64,000 bases of DNA from Catajapyx aquilonaris (Eukaryota): positions 62,001 through 126,000 of the forward strand of contig KZ538140.1 of NCBI GenBank assembly GCA_000934665.2. The letters are read 5' to 3'. The translations under genes and the position numbers were made by a program. The notes beneath the pieces were generated by a model. The model was not told the DNA's origin, did not search any database, and saw only the letters and a program-made list of their open reading frames with translations. Positions 62,957 through 64,000 of the stretch are shown here, in pieces; position 1 is the first letter of the stretch; every line of letters begins with the position of its first letter.

Positions 62957-63133
62957 GGGGCGTGGGCGTAATTAGACTTCCAAAAACGGGCTCGTGGCAT
63001 GCGAAGGTAAAGGGAAAGGTGTCAAGGGGTGCTTGGCGCCCTGCCACCATCACGGACTGCCGCCCTCACGAGTGACGTCATCGAACCGGAAGTGGCGTGT
63101 TGGAAAAGGGGCGACCGGAACAGCCGCCATTTT
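62957..63133. promoter_or_regulatory. Candidate CpG-rich housekeeping-type promoter (GC box, CRE, ETS, YY1)
   Basis: GGGGCGTGGG at 62957-66; TGACGTCA at 63073-80; CCGGAAGTG at 63086-94; ACCGGAAC at 63114-21; GCCGCCATTTT at 63123-33. No downstream gene identified. Confidence 0.5.
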
Positions 63134-64000
63134 CCCCTCTCTCCGGCTCAAGTGTTATTTCAGTCCTGTTTCCTCCATTTTGAGCTGTACAAGCCGCTAA
63201 TGCATTCTCAGGGGGGGATAGGACTCTGTTTGTTTGAGAGAAGGTGGGGGAGGGAAAGGATGAGAGAAGCTTAAGGAGGAATTTGGACCCACCCGAGCTT
63301 TTACGTTGGTAATGCGCCACATTTTCGTGGCGACGCACTTTTCTTGTCACCAATGTAGGTGTGATATACGGTAATAGCCTCACTTGTACAGTGTTAGAGC
63401 CCTCGATATATTTCTTGAGCGTCGGGAACGAAAACGGGTCGTAAAGTCCAGCCTGGAAAGAGCCCGCAATTCTTTTCTGAGAGATAAACAACAAAATTGC
63501 TATCGGATTATGCTGTGTTAACTGGTGTATTGTTGCATGCTGGTACACTGAGGCAGGCAGGGAAGGGGGAGCTTCCTCAAACATTATCCAGGCAGGCAGC
63601 TTACTGACATAGCAATTCAACGCATTCTCGGGGGAGGACTGGGGTAGGAGGTAAAAAAAAAAATCCTCGCTACTTGTGAATAATCCAGGATTGAACACCC
63701 TTCCACAGCTAGCTCATAAAACTCGATGAATATTTAACCTGCCACACTGTAGCTTGCACTATGGAGTAGAAACTGCAACAAAATGTAGTGCAGGAAGCAG
63801 CTTCAAAACCTACCTTTGCAGGTGGTTCATTAATAACTACAGTACAATATGTACCAAGCATGTTCTGCCCTGTGATTATTATATGGAGCTGTTCAATAAC
63901 ATTGTGTTAACTATACGGTCACGCTCTAGGCTTCACGCTTGTTATTCAGTTCGTAATTTGAAGCTTGTTGAATGTTTAATTGCTGATACCAACAATTATT

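Overview
This window looks like non-coding genomic DNA from a eukaryote, most likely an invertebrate animal, and is probably a large intron or intergenic regulatory region. Supporting signs are long microsatellites, G/C homopolymer runs, CpG not strongly depleted, no operon-like ORF packing, and N gaps typical of a draft assembly. None of the ORFs in the six-frame track resembles a protein family I recognise, and I found no rRNA, tRNA, CRISPR array or intact transposase. The best-supported structure is a 327-bp TA-flanked Tc1/mariner-type MITE (25574-25900) with ~105-bp TIRs and an internal 44-bp palindrome, nested inside a second, older 37-bp inverted-repeat pair (25393-25971). Also present are several tandem repeats, a degenerate palindrome-rich duplication near 53.6-54.1 kb, and a 26-nt motif shared between 13.0 kb and 45.4 kb. 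More speculative calls are promoter-like motif clusters (E2F/NF-Y/YY1 at 25.2 kb, CRE/ETS/YY1 at 63.1 kb, E-box/CTCF/NRF1 at 11.6 kb), two candidate micro-exons, and an apparent ~2-kb alternation of AT-rich and GC-rich blocks. I cannot support a claim of a new protein-coding system from this sequence.
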